Shown: one piece after another, positions 28,901 through 36,982 of the stretch | Layout: each line of letters starts with the position of its first letter | How positions within the stretch are numbered: position 1 is the first letter of the stretch | DNA from: a virus | Taxonomy: Duplodnaviria; Caudoviricetes | DNA length: 42,333 nucleotides | Reading direction: 5' to 3' (one strand) | Virus record (IMG/VR): IMGVR_UViG_3300009684_000058 | Location: 1 to 42,333 of that record | The notes under the pieces: generated by a model | The model's database searches: none | Told to the model about the DNA's origin: nothing | Seen by the model: the letters and a program-made list of their open reading frames with translations, nothing else | Translations under genes and position numbers: made by a program

Positions 28901-29627
28901 TGGTTTGATTGTTGTTCGTAACGGTTCAACACTCAGAAACAAAATAGATTATACTGCAACAAATGGAACATCAGTTTCATTGGCAAATCCATCTTATGCA
29001 AATGATGAAATTGCGATTACTGCTTTTGGTAATTTTAGTGTTGCTGCAAATGGTTATACACAAGTAGAAGCAAACAATTTATTTTTAGCCAAGGCCGATG
29101 CAAACAATATTTTTGCAACAACGGCAAATACATACACAAAAGCACAAGCCAACACACAGTTCTTGGCAACTTCTGGTGGTTCTGTAACGGGTAACACATA
29201 CTTTAGTGCAAATACATTCTTTAATTCTACCATTTTTACTAAAGGTATTATTGAAACTGCAAATATCATTGCAACTCCAATTGGTGCAAACACAAACTTT
29301 GATATTATTACACAAGCAGTTCAATATTATACTGCAAATGCGGCATCCAATACAACAATAAATATTCGTGGTAATAGTGTAACCCCATTGAATAGTCTAA
29401 TGAACACCGGTAATACCGCATCAATTGTTTTGTTGTTTACAAATGGTGCAAACACATATTATCCAAATGTTATTCAAGTTGATGGTTCACCTGTAACTCC
29501 TAAGTGGCAAAGTGGCACAACAGTAACCGCAGGAAATTCTGCTGCAATTGATTCATATCGATTTACAGTTATTAAAACTGGTAATGCAACATTTACTGTT
29601 CTTGCAAGTCAAACTAAATTTTTATAG
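25962..29627 (+). CDS. Multidomain fibre / branching scaffold protein
   Basis: Mtd_N-like head (IRLRKS...P.SL.LGELALNYADGKLYYK), TQNT coiled coil, DIGFAG.Y knob shared with the 598-aa fibre, gp9/gp10-like domain (about 27936-28211), collagen stretch (28224-28289), three ATAGQ-type domains (about 28311-29035) and a C-terminal beta domain. Confidence 0.8.
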   Translation: MANTTIRLRKSGVTSNVPVSLELGELALNYADGKLYYKNASGVITYISSGATTNSFATINSNSSLILATSNTDILTLVGSNNITINSNTGTKTITIGASLTSSLFANSPNIGASANATAQLYDLVTTAQGVATYAANQVSYLNAYSNAAYAQANTATNLAQLAFNKANTGSSNNIFANTITANSVGLIPLTINLIGAGGNQNTAILATGSNTKGGIGYFDFLLANNQSGSANNSNKYFRLDSTGQFQIINSAYTQNLFNLDDIGNLTIPGNFIAGVSSANYIQFGDGTKQYTANAGSSGATDATARAAAQAAFNTANLASSNTVYTQGVDVTQNTRINSIETINTNQNTTIAIIQSVDLTQNTRLDGIEGTNLTQNTNITTANNAAWAAYAAGNTNATNITLVNQYAASAYNQANVTIGVDTTQNTAISIIQGVDLTQNTRLDVIEGVNLTQNTNITAVNQFAQSAYNTANTKFNSSGGNITGAVTISGNNNLTVTGNLYVTGTQFVSNTQAFNIQDPLLVLGVGNYTSDVLDIGFAGHYNDGTNAHSGLIRDYGTKEYYFFKGYTPELDTNNNVDINHASFLTANVNASFFKGNLVANSVIVNGAVSTSNTTGALVVSGGVGVKGNVATDGIIFADGTRQTTAATGTGGSDSSSLTSWTVINSNYTVGNNIQLLANSTGGTFTITLPASPVTSNVIVIADGCAPNTGWSNNNVLVNPNGRTIEGIADTLALNISQSSVSLIYDGATWQVVSSTGPKGDTGTAGPAGATGNTGPAGVGSNATQRIYRFNATNNQTIFVGSDAYSQTLSYNVNALSVYLNGVFLRPTEDYFANNGTTITLTSGSFANDALDVITFQSMSLTAAQNTITTYTYTASNNQTSFGGTDINGLSLNYNPNNLFVTLNGLTLRNGTDYLQTNTSFIQLTSGALANDELSIVAFGSFNVQGQNTQNTISTYYYTSTAGQTNFTGSDIYGNSLSYMQDGLIVVRNGSTLRNKIDYTATNGTSVSLANPSYANDEIAITAFGNFSVAANGYTQVEANNLFLAKADANNIFATTANTYTKAQANTQFLATSGGSVTGNTYFSANTFFNSTIFTKGIIETANIIATPIGANTNFDIITQAVQYYTANAASNTTINIRGNSVTPLNSLMNTGNTASIVLLFTNGANTYYPNVIQVDGSPVTPKWQSGTTVTAGNSAAIDSYRFTVIKTGNATFTVLASQTKFL
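26941..27360 (+). repeat. 14-residue (V/T)-D/N-x-TQNT coiled-coil repeats
   Basis: VDVTQNTRINSIET INTNQNTTIAIIQS VDLTQNTRLDGIEG TNLTQNTNIT..., with the block repeated twice. Confidence 0.8.
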
Positions 29628-29636
29628 AGGTAATTA

Positions 29637-29963
29637 ATGCCTTTATTAGCAACATTTGGTGCAAGTTCAATGAAACGATATGGGTTTACTTCAGGTAAAG
29701 GTCCATACATCATTAATTATTTGGCTGTTGCTGGTGGATCAGGTGGATCAGGTGGCGGTGGTGGTGCAGGTGGACCACAAAGTGGCGCAACAAACACCGG
29801 TGGTGGTGGAGCAGGTTATTATGGTGGTGGAGGTTCAGGCATTGTAATCTTTTCTGTACCAACAGGATCATATTCTGGAATTACAACAGGCACTCCAACC
29901 ATTACAACAAGTGGATTAAATACAATTATACAATTTACAAGTAGCGGATCATTCATAACATAA
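29637..29963 (+). CDS. Short, internally deleted glycine-rich adhesin paralogue
   Basis: GAGG SD. MPLLATFGASS head. YLAVAGG..GGGGGAGG is joined almost directly to TNTGGGG..GSGIVI..FTSSGSF. Confidence 0.7.
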   Translation: MPLLATFGASSMKRYGFTSGKGPYIINYLAVAGGSGGSGGGGGAGGPQSGATNTGGGGAGYYGGGGSGIVIFSVPTGSYSGITTGTPTITTSGLNTIIQFTSSGSFIT

Positions 29964-29964
29964 A

Positions 29965-31239
29965 ATGAGTAAAACAAGAAACTTAGCTAATTCGGCGCCA
30001 CAATTTAATTCATTAATTGTTCCTACTGGCAACACAGCACAGAGGCCAGCAAATACTGCCGGCCAAATTCGTTTTAATACAGATTTAGGTACATTAGAGA
30101 GTGCTAACGGAGTATATTGGGCAAACGTAGGTTCAGGTGCAGCAAGTTCGGGTGGTGTATTGTGGCAAACGGTACAAAATACCAGTTTTATTGCCGTTAG
30201 TGGAAACGGATACACAGTTAATACGGCTTTAGCAAACGTAACTGTTACTTTGCCGGCAAGTCCAACAGTAGGAAGTCTACTAACATTTATTGATTACAAC
30301 CAATCTTTCAGTTCAAACAATTTAATTTTATTTCCAAACGGAAATAAAATCCAAGGTAATACATCTAATGTAAGATTTGATACAAATGGCCAAGCAATTA
30401 ATCTTGTTTATGTTGATGCAACAAAAGGATGGCTCAATTATTCATCTGGATATTCTGTTGGAAATTATTCAATTGATTATTTGATGATTGCCGGTGGTGG
30501 TTCAGGTGGAACAAATAACGGAGGAGGAGGCGGTGCTGGTGGAGTATTAACTGGTGCTTCTTTGTTGGTAACACCAGGAACATCTTATAGTTTTGTTATT
30601 GGTGGTGGCGGTGCATCCGTTCCTGCTGGCACCAATGCAAACGGAAACGCTGGTACTAATACTACTGCATTTAATTTGGCAGCAATTGGCGGCGGTTACG
30701 GCGGAGGAAATAACGGCGGCGTTGCTAATGCTGGTGCTGGTGGATCCGGTGGTGGAGGAGGAAACAACGGCGGTGGTGCTGCAGGTTCAGGAACTTCAGG
30801 TCAAGGAAATCCTGGAGGATTAGGATATGCACCGGTTTATTACGGTGGTGGCGGAGGTGGTGGCGCAAGTTCCTCAGGAGCAAACGCTAATGGATCAAAT
30901 GCAGGTAATGGAGGAAGTGGATACACTTGGTCAAATGGTTCAACGTATGCGGGAGGTGGTGGCGGCGCAATATCATCTCCTTCATCAGCTGGTTCTGGAG
31001 GATCCGGAGGAGGCGGTGGTGGAGGAGTAAATGGCGGAGCACCAGCTGCTACTAGCGGATCAGTTAATACAGGAAGCGGTGGTGGAGGTTCTGGTTCTGG
31101 TGTTTCTGGATCTGGTGGTTCAGGTGTGGTAGTTGTTCGTTATTTAAGTCCTGTTGCAAGAGGCACCGGTGGAACTATTTCACAATCAGGTGGTTTTACA
31201 TATCATACCTTCACTTCATCGGGAACATTCATAGCATAA
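29965..31239 (+). CDS. Glycine-rich putative adhesin (MSKTRNLA head, QRP domain, gp10-like domain, Gly-rich domain)
   Basis: PTGNTAQRP..G.IRFNTD, WQTVQN..Y.VNT..VTVTLPASP, YLMIAGGG...GQGNPGG...YAGGGGG...GGSGVVVVRY..HTFTSSGTF. Confidence 0.8.
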   Translation: MSKTRNLANSAPQFNSLIVPTGNTAQRPANTAGQIRFNTDLGTLESANGVYWANVGSGAASSGGVLWQTVQNTSFIAVSGNGYTVNTALANVTVTLPASPTVGSLLTFIDYNQSFSSNNLILFPNGNKIQGNTSNVRFDTNGQAINLVYVDATKGWLNYSSGYSVGNYSIDYLMIAGGGSGGTNNGGGGGAGGVLTGASLLVTPGTSYSFVIGGGGASVPAGTNANGNAGTNTTAFNLAAIGGGYGGGNNGGVANAGAGGSGGGGGNNGGGAAGSGTSGQGNPGGLGYAPVYYGGGGGGGASSSGANANGSNAGNGGSGYTWSNGSTYAGGGGGAISSPSSAGSGGSGGGGGGGVNGGAPAATSGSVNTGSGGGGSGSGVSGSGGSGVVVVRYLSPVARGTGGTISQSGGFTYHTFTSSGTFIA

Positions 31240-31240
31240 A

Positions 31241-32524
31241 ATGAGTAAAACATCAACACTAGCAGATATCGTTTCAGCAAATTCTACATTGATTGTTCCT
31301 ACTGGTAACACAACTAGTAGGCCAGCAAACACCGCAGGTTCAATTCGTTTTAATACAGATTTAAATACTTTAGAATCGGCCAATGGTGTTGCTTGGGCCA
31401 ACGTAGGTTCTGGTAGCGCATCGAGTGGCGGTGGAGTTTCTTGGCAACCGGTACAAAATAACAATTTTATTGCAATAAAAAATAACGGATATTTTGTTAA
31501 TACAGCAGTTGCAAACGTAACAGTAACTTTACCAGCAATAGCTACAATAGGTGATATAATTAATATTACAGATTATGCTGGTTACTTTAGTTCAAATAAT
31601 TTAATAATTTATCCTAACGGAAATAAAATACAAGGTAATACATCAAACGTTGTTGTTGCTGCAAGTGGCGCTTCTATTGGATTAGTTTATGCTGATGTTA
31701 ATAGAGGTTGGATTGGTTATAGTGGATTTCCTAGTTCAATTATTGGACCATATGCAATTGATTATTTACTTGTTGCCGGTGGTGGTGGCGGAGCAGTTGG
31801 TGGTGCTGGAGCTGGAGGTGTAGTATCAGGTACAGCTGTAACTGTATTACCAGGAACTTCTTATACAATTACAGTTGGATCAGGTGGTGCTGCGGGAGCG
31901 TACCCATCAACCGCCGGTGGTAATGGTGGCAATTCTTCTATTCCTGGATTTACTGCGGCTGTTGGTGGTGGTCGTGGAGGTTATCAAAACGATAACGTTG
32001 CAAATGGTTCGGGATCAAGCGGTGGATCTGGTGGTGGAGCATCAAGAAGTAGTAGCGTATCTCCAACTGGAGGAGCAGGAACTTCCGGACAAGGAAATCC
32101 AGGAGGAAATTGCAACACATCAGCACCTTATCCAGCTGGCGGAGGTGGTGGAGCCGGAGGTAATGGTTCTCCAGGATCAGGTTCACAACATGGACCAGGA
32201 GGATCAGGAATAACAAATAGTATTAGTGGTTCTTCTGTGACTTATGCTGGCGGCGGTGGAGGTGGTGGCGGATCAAATTTTGGTGGCAATGGTGGATCCG
32301 GAGGCGGCGGTGCCGGAAGTCAAAATGGCCAAGGTGGAAATGGTACATCCAATACTGGCGGTGGTGGAGCAGGATCAAATGAATCTTTTTTTGGTGGCAC
32401 AGGTGGTTCTGGTGTCGTAATCATTCGATATTTGGGATTACAAAGAACAACCGGAGGAAATGTATCATCTTCAGGGGGTTATACAATACATACTTTTAAC
32501 TCATCAGGAACATTCGTAGCTTAA
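31241..32524 (+). CDS. Glycine-rich putative adhesin paralogue
   Basis: Same architecture as 29965, with an MSKTSTLAD head. Confidence 0.8.
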   Translation: MSKTSTLADIVSANSTLIVPTGNTTSRPANTAGSIRFNTDLNTLESANGVAWANVGSGSASSGGGVSWQPVQNNNFIAIKNNGYFVNTAVANVTVTLPAIATIGDIINITDYAGYFSSNNLIIYPNGNKIQGNTSNVVVAASGASIGLVYADVNRGWIGYSGFPSSIIGPYAIDYLLVAGGGGGAVGGAGAGGVVSGTAVTVLPGTSYTITVGSGGAAGAYPSTAGGNGGNSSIPGFTAAVGGGRGGYQNDNVANGSGSSGGSGGGASRSSSVSPTGGAGTSGQGNPGGNCNTSAPYPAGGGGGAGGNGSPGSGSQHGPGGSGITNSISGSSVTYAGGGGGGGGSNFGGNGGSGGGGAGSQNGQGGNGTSNTGGGGAGSNESFFGGTGGSGVVIIRYLGLQRTTGGNVSSSGGYTIHTFNSSGTFVA

Positions 32525-32525
32525 A

Positions 32526-34244
32526 ATGACTATCTATCAAAATCTTATCGCAGGCTCAGGATTTCTACAAGGTCCAACAGGTGCCACAGGTCCAGCAGCC
32601 AATACAACTATTACAACATATCAGTTTGTTGCTACTGCTGGTCAGTCGGTATTTTCTGGATCAGATGCAAACTCAAACTCATTAACATATACAGTAAATG
32701 GCATCGTTGTAACTCTTAACGGCGTTGTATTAAAAAATACTAATGAATATACTGCAACAAACGGAACAAGTATTGCATTGGTATCTGCGGCTTCAACTGG
32801 CGATGAATTAAATATCTATACGTTCCCAGCATACAATGTGGCAAATGCATTAACACCAGCACAAGCAAATACAATATTTTTAGATAGAACAACTGCCAAC
32901 TTAATTTATTTTTTACAATCTGGTGGTACACTTACAGGCAACGTAAGTTTTGCCAATGGTGCAAACTTATTGGTACCAGTAGGTAATACTGCACAAAGAC
33001 CTGCAGCATCTCCTGGCTATATCAGATACAACACAGATTTAAATACACTTGAATCAGCCAATGCAACGGCATGGGCAAACGTAGGTTCAGGATCAGCAAG
33101 TAGTTCTGGTGGAGGTGGTGTTTCTTGGCAACCAATACAAAATACAAATTTTATTTCAGTTAAAAACAATGGATATTTGGTCAATACATCCACGGGTAAT
33201 GTTACTATAACTTTACCAGCGGCGCCAACTTTAGGTGATATTGTAACGATAGTTGATTATGCCGGTGTTGCAAGTGCCAATGCTTTTATACTTTATGCTG
33301 CCGGAAATAAAATTCAAGGCAACACATTAAACGTCAATGTTCAATCAAGTGGCTCAGCGTTAGGATTAGTGTATACTGATTCAACAAGAGGATGGATTCC
33401 TTATTCTGGATTTTCAACATCACCAATTGGAAATTATTCAGTTAGTTATTTGATTGCTGCTGGCGGTGGTGGCGGATGTACACAACACGGCGGTGGTGGC
33501 GGTGCTGGAGGTTTATTAACTGGTACAGTCACATTAATTCCCGGAACTACTTACACGGTTACAGTTGGGGCTGGAGGCGCCGGTGTCCCATCTGCAAGCG
33601 CACAAGGTCAAGTAGGTACACAAGGCGCAAGCTCTTCATTAACTGGTTTAACTACCGCTATAGGCGGTGGTGGTGGCGCAGGGTATAATGCTGGAGGAGG
33701 AGTAAGTGGAGGTAGTGGTGGTTCTGGCGGCGGCGGCGGTACTTCGGAAAGTAGTGCTGGTGCTGGTGGGTCAGGAACATCAGGACAAGGAAACGCTGGC
33801 GGTCAAGGACAAGGAAACGCTAACCCATATAAGGGTGGTGGCGGCGGCGGTGCCGGATCAGTAGGAGGAAATGGCACAGGTTCACCACTAGTTGCTGGTG
33901 TTGGTGGTGATGGTTTAGCCTCATCTATCACAGGAACATCTACTTATTATTCTGGCGGAGGAGGTGGTGGTTCTTATGGAGGTGCATCACAAACTGGCGC
34001 CGGTGGTTTAGGTGGTGGTGGAACGGGTGGTTGGCAAACAACTATTAATCCTACAGCAGGTACAACAAATACCGGTGGCGGTGGTGGTGGTGCTGGCAGT
34101 AGTGCTGTTACTGGCGGTAGTGGTGGATCGGGCATTGTAATCATTCGTTATCTTGGACCACAACGAGCTTCGGGTGGTACAATTACTTCTTCCGGAGGAT
34201 ACACCATACATACCTTCACATCTTCAGCAACTTTTGTAGGCTAA
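32526..34244 (+). CDS. Glycine-rich putative adhesin with extra collagen triplets and an ATAGQ domain
   Basis: GPTGATGPA, YQFVATAGQSVFSG..LNGV.L....YTATNGTSI.L...A..GDEL, then the QRP, gp10-like and Gly-rich domains. Confidence 0.8.
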   Translation: MTIYQNLIAGSGFLQGPTGATGPAANTTITTYQFVATAGQSVFSGSDANSNSLTYTVNGIVVTLNGVVLKNTNEYTATNGTSIALVSAASTGDELNIYTFPAYNVANALTPAQANTIFLDRTTANLIYFLQSGGTLTGNVSFANGANLLVPVGNTAQRPAASPGYIRYNTDLNTLESANATAWANVGSGSASSSGGGGVSWQPIQNTNFISVKNNGYLVNTSTGNVTITLPAAPTLGDIVTIVDYAGVASANAFILYAAGNKIQGNTLNVNVQSSGSALGLVYTDSTRGWIPYSGFSTSPIGNYSVSYLIAAGGGGGCTQHGGGGGAGGLLTGTVTLIPGTTYTVTVGAGGAGVPSASAQGQVGTQGASSSLTGLTTAIGGGGGAGYNAGGGVSGGSGGSGGGGGTSESSAGAGGSGTSGQGNAGGQGQGNANPYKGGGGGGAGSVGGNGTGSPLVAGVGGDGLASSITGTSTYYSGGGGGGSYGGASQTGAGGLGGGGTGGWQTTINPTAGTTNTGGGGGGAGSSAVTGGSGGSGIVIIRYLGPQRASGGTITSSGGYTIHTFTSSATFVG

Positions 34245-34254
34245 GAGAATATAA

Positions 34255-35634
34255 ATGGCAAAGTCAAGAAATCTAGCAAACACATCCGTATTAGGTACAC
34301 CAACTACATTGGTTGCTACTTATGATGCTAACACTACATCAACAGGATTTTTGCAAGTATCAGTAGGCTCGACTGCACAAAGGCCTTCTACAAATACCAA
34401 AGGTTATATTAGATATAACACCGATTTGAATACATTAGAATCAGCTAATGGTACAGCATGGGCTAACGTAGGTTCAGGTAGTGCAAGTGGTGGTGGAGTT
34501 ACTTGGATTCCAACAGTTCAAAACACCAGTTTTATCGCAGTAAAAAATAATGGTTACTTAGTTAATACTGCAACAGGAAATGTAACAGTAACATTACCAG
34601 CAAGTCCAACATTAGGTGATAATATTACTTTTGTGGATTATGGTGGTAATTTTAGTTCTAACGGATTAATTTTCTTTCCAAATGGTAGTAGAATAAACGC
34701 CAACACAGTCAACGTTGCATTAACAACAAGCACAGCTTCTGTTGGTCTTGTATATACGGATAATAATAAAGGTTGGGTTGCATACAACGGATTCCAAAGT
34801 TCACCAATTGGAAATTATAATATTGAATATTTGGTTATTGCTGGTGGCGGAGGAGGTACTGCGGGTTATGCTTCTGGTGGAGGTGGTGCCGGCGGAATGA
34901 TATCTGCAACTACTACTATATTGTCAGGAGTAACTTATTCAGTAACAATTGGTGCTGGAGGTTCTGGTATGACAGGAAGTTCTGGTGTTGGATGGAGAGA
35001 TACGTTTTCACCTAGTGGAACAAATTCATCCATTGGAGCTTTAGTTACAGCACTAGGTGGTGGAGGTGGCCGTAGTAACGCTGGAGGTACTGTGGCACCA
35101 AGTGGTGGATCAGGAGGTGGAGGATGTAGCTCTACGGCAGGAGGATCAGGAACACCAGGACAAGGAAACTCAGGAGGAACCGGTTCATCTCACGGCGGCG
35201 GTGGAGGCGGAGGTGCTGGCGGCGCAGGAGGTAATGGATCTGGCGCATCTCCTACAGTTACCGGAGGTAACGGCGGTAGTGGTGCAACTAGCAGTATTTC
35301 TGGAACAACATTAACTTATGGCGGCGGCGGAGGAGGAGGAGTATATGTTACACCGGGTCCAGGAGGAACCGGCGGTTTAGGTGGATCAGGAGGCGGCGGT
35401 GCAGCCGGAGTAAACAGTTGGTCATCAGGATCCGCAGGTACAACAAATTTAGGAGGCGGTGGTGGTAGTGGTGGAGGTTACGAACCCACAGTATTATTAC
35501 CCGGTGCTGCTGGTGGATCCGGTGTTGTAATCATTCGTTATTTTGGACCACAACGAGCTTCAGGCGGTACAATAACACAAACTGCTGGTTACACAATTCA
35601 CACATACACTTCATCAGGAACTTTTGTATCTTAA
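34255..35634 (+). CDS. Glycine-rich putative adhesin paralogue
   Basis: MAKSRNLAN head, then the QRP, gp10-like and Gly-rich domains. Confidence 0.8.
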   Translation: MAKSRNLANTSVLGTPTTLVATYDANTTSTGFLQVSVGSTAQRPSTNTKGYIRYNTDLNTLESANGTAWANVGSGSASGGGVTWIPTVQNTSFIAVKNNGYLVNTATGNVTVTLPASPTLGDNITFVDYGGNFSSNGLIFFPNGSRINANTVNVALTTSTASVGLVYTDNNKGWVAYNGFQSSPIGNYNIEYLVIAGGGGGTAGYASGGGGAGGMISATTTILSGVTYSVTIGAGGSGMTGSSGVGWRDTFSPSGTNSSIGALVTALGGGGGRSNAGGTVAPSGGSGGGGCSSTAGGSGTPGQGNSGGTGSSHGGGGGGGAGGAGGNGSGASPTVTGGNGGSGATSSISGTTLTYGGGGGGGVYVTPGPGGTGGLGGSGGGGAAGVNSWSSGSAGTTNLGGGGGSGGGYEPTVLLPGAAGGSGVVIIRYFGPQRASGGTITQTAGYTIHTYTSSGTFVS

Positions 35635-35645
35635 TCCACAACGTA

Positions 35646-35653
35646 AATAAATA
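35646..35653 (+). promoter_or_regulatory. Late promoter AATAAATA
   Basis: Intergenic, 7 nt before ATG 35661. Confidence 0.65.
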
Positions 35654-35660
35654 GAGTATC

Positions 35661-36011
35661 ATGACAAAGAATCGTAACCTAGCCGCAATGTTGCCTGATG
35701 GCAACGCAATGATGGTACCGCAAGGTAATACTGCTCAACGCCCAGCAAATACTGCTGGTATGATTCGTTATAATACAGATTTAAACTCACTTGAATCTGC
35801 TAACGGACAATATTGGGCTAACGTAGGTTCTGGTGGTGCCGCAGTATCAAGTGGTGGCGGTGGTGCCACAAACGGAATATTTTATGAAAGTAGTAACACA
35901 ATTACTGCTTCATTTACAGCAACAGTAGGTAAAAATTATTTGTCGGTAGCACCTATTGTTCATACATCAGGTGTAGTAACAATTGCAAATTCAATTTGGA
36001 AAATTGTTTAA
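35661..36011 (+). CDS. Short adaptor-like fibre protein (MTKNRNLA head, QRP domain, FYE tail domain)
   Basis: PQGNTAQRP..GMIRYNTD, and C-terminal GIFYESSNTIT..FT...GK.....I......VTIANSIWKIV. No Gly-rich domain. Confidence 0.75.
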   Translation: MTKNRNLAAMLPDGNAMMVPQGNTAQRPANTAGMIRYNTDLNSLESANGQYWANVGSGGAAVSSGGGGATNGIFYESSNTITASFTATVGKNYLSVAPIVHTSGVVTIANSIWKIV

Positions 36012-36020
36012 GAGGAAATT

Positions 36021-36959
36021 ATGGCATTAGTATTTGACCCAGCAGGAATAGGATTTTATGATACAGGATCAGGTGCTCTAGGATTACCTAGAGGTTCAAC
36101 CGCTCAGCGGCCAGTAAATCCTCGTCAAGGCTTTATTCGGTATAATACCGATTTACAGAACATTGAAATCTATGGCGTTGGCGCAAACAGTTCAGCCAAT
36201 ATTGCCAATTCTTGGGGAACATTCGTTTCAGGAAATTACTTAGCATCCGTATTAATTGTTGCTGGTGGTGGTTCATCGAGTGGTGGTGGAGGTGGTGCTG
36301 GTGGTTTGTTATACACTACTGCAATGTCACTCGAAGGTGGCCGAAGCTATCCCGTTACTGTTGGTGGCGGTGGCAATAGTAGTAACGGAGGCATTAGTCA
36401 ATTTAACGGCGTAACTGCAATTGGTGGTGGACAATCTGGTACAATTGGAGGTTCCGGTGGCGGTAATAGCTGGAGCGGACACAATCAATGGGGGCCTGTT
36501 GTTCCTGGAACTTTTGGCCAAGGAAATCCTGGTGGCGTAGGTTATCACAACCAAGATTGGGGTCACTCATACGGAGGTGGTGGTGGAGCCGGCGCTTCGG
36601 GTGGTTGGGGAACATCAGGACCAGGAGGCGCTGGAGGTTCTGGTGGCTCAGGTGCAGCATACTCAATCCGTGATGGTGCAACATCTGTATACTATGCCGG
36701 CGGTGGCGGTTCAGGCCAAGGTGCTAGAACACACTATGGCGGAGGCGGTGCTGGTGGAGGTGGTGGTGGCGGATCTTCAGGCTTAGATAATTCAGGTGGT
36801 GGCGGTAGCGCAAATCTTGGTGGCTCAGGTATTGTAATCATTTCATATGCTGGATATCCAAGAGCTCTTGGTGGTGCAACTTACTTTAATCAAGGTTCTA
36901 ATCCAACAAACACATTTACAACACATACGTTTTTATCTTCAGGCACTTTTATAGCTTAA
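36021..36959 (+). CDS. Glycine-rich putative adhesin (MALVFD head)
   Basis: DTGSGALGLPRGSTAQRP, Gly-rich domain with a GYHNQDWGHSY loop. Confidence 0.8.
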   Translation: MALVFDPAGIGFYDTGSGALGLPRGSTAQRPVNPRQGFIRYNTDLQNIEIYGVGANSSANIANSWGTFVSGNYLASVLIVAGGGSSSGGGGGAGGLLYTTAMSLEGGRSYPVTVGGGGNSSNGGISQFNGVTAIGGGQSGTIGGSGGGNSWSGHNQWGPVVPGTFGQGNPGGVGYHNQDWGHSYGGGGGAGASGGWGTSGPGGAGGSGGSGAAYSIRDGATSVYYAGGGGSGQGARTHYGGGGAGGGGGGGSSGLDNSGGGGSANLGGSGIVIISYAGYPRALGGATYFNQGSNPTNTFTTHTFLSSGTFIA

Positions 36960-36982
36960 TAAATTATTAAAAGGAATTAAAA

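Noticed and set aside
856-29324. Small ORFs nested within or antisense to structural genes (e.g. 856, 1685, 4537, 4815, 16348, 27695)
   Set aside because: They overlap conserved genes, have no recognisable motifs, and their lengths are as expected by chance.
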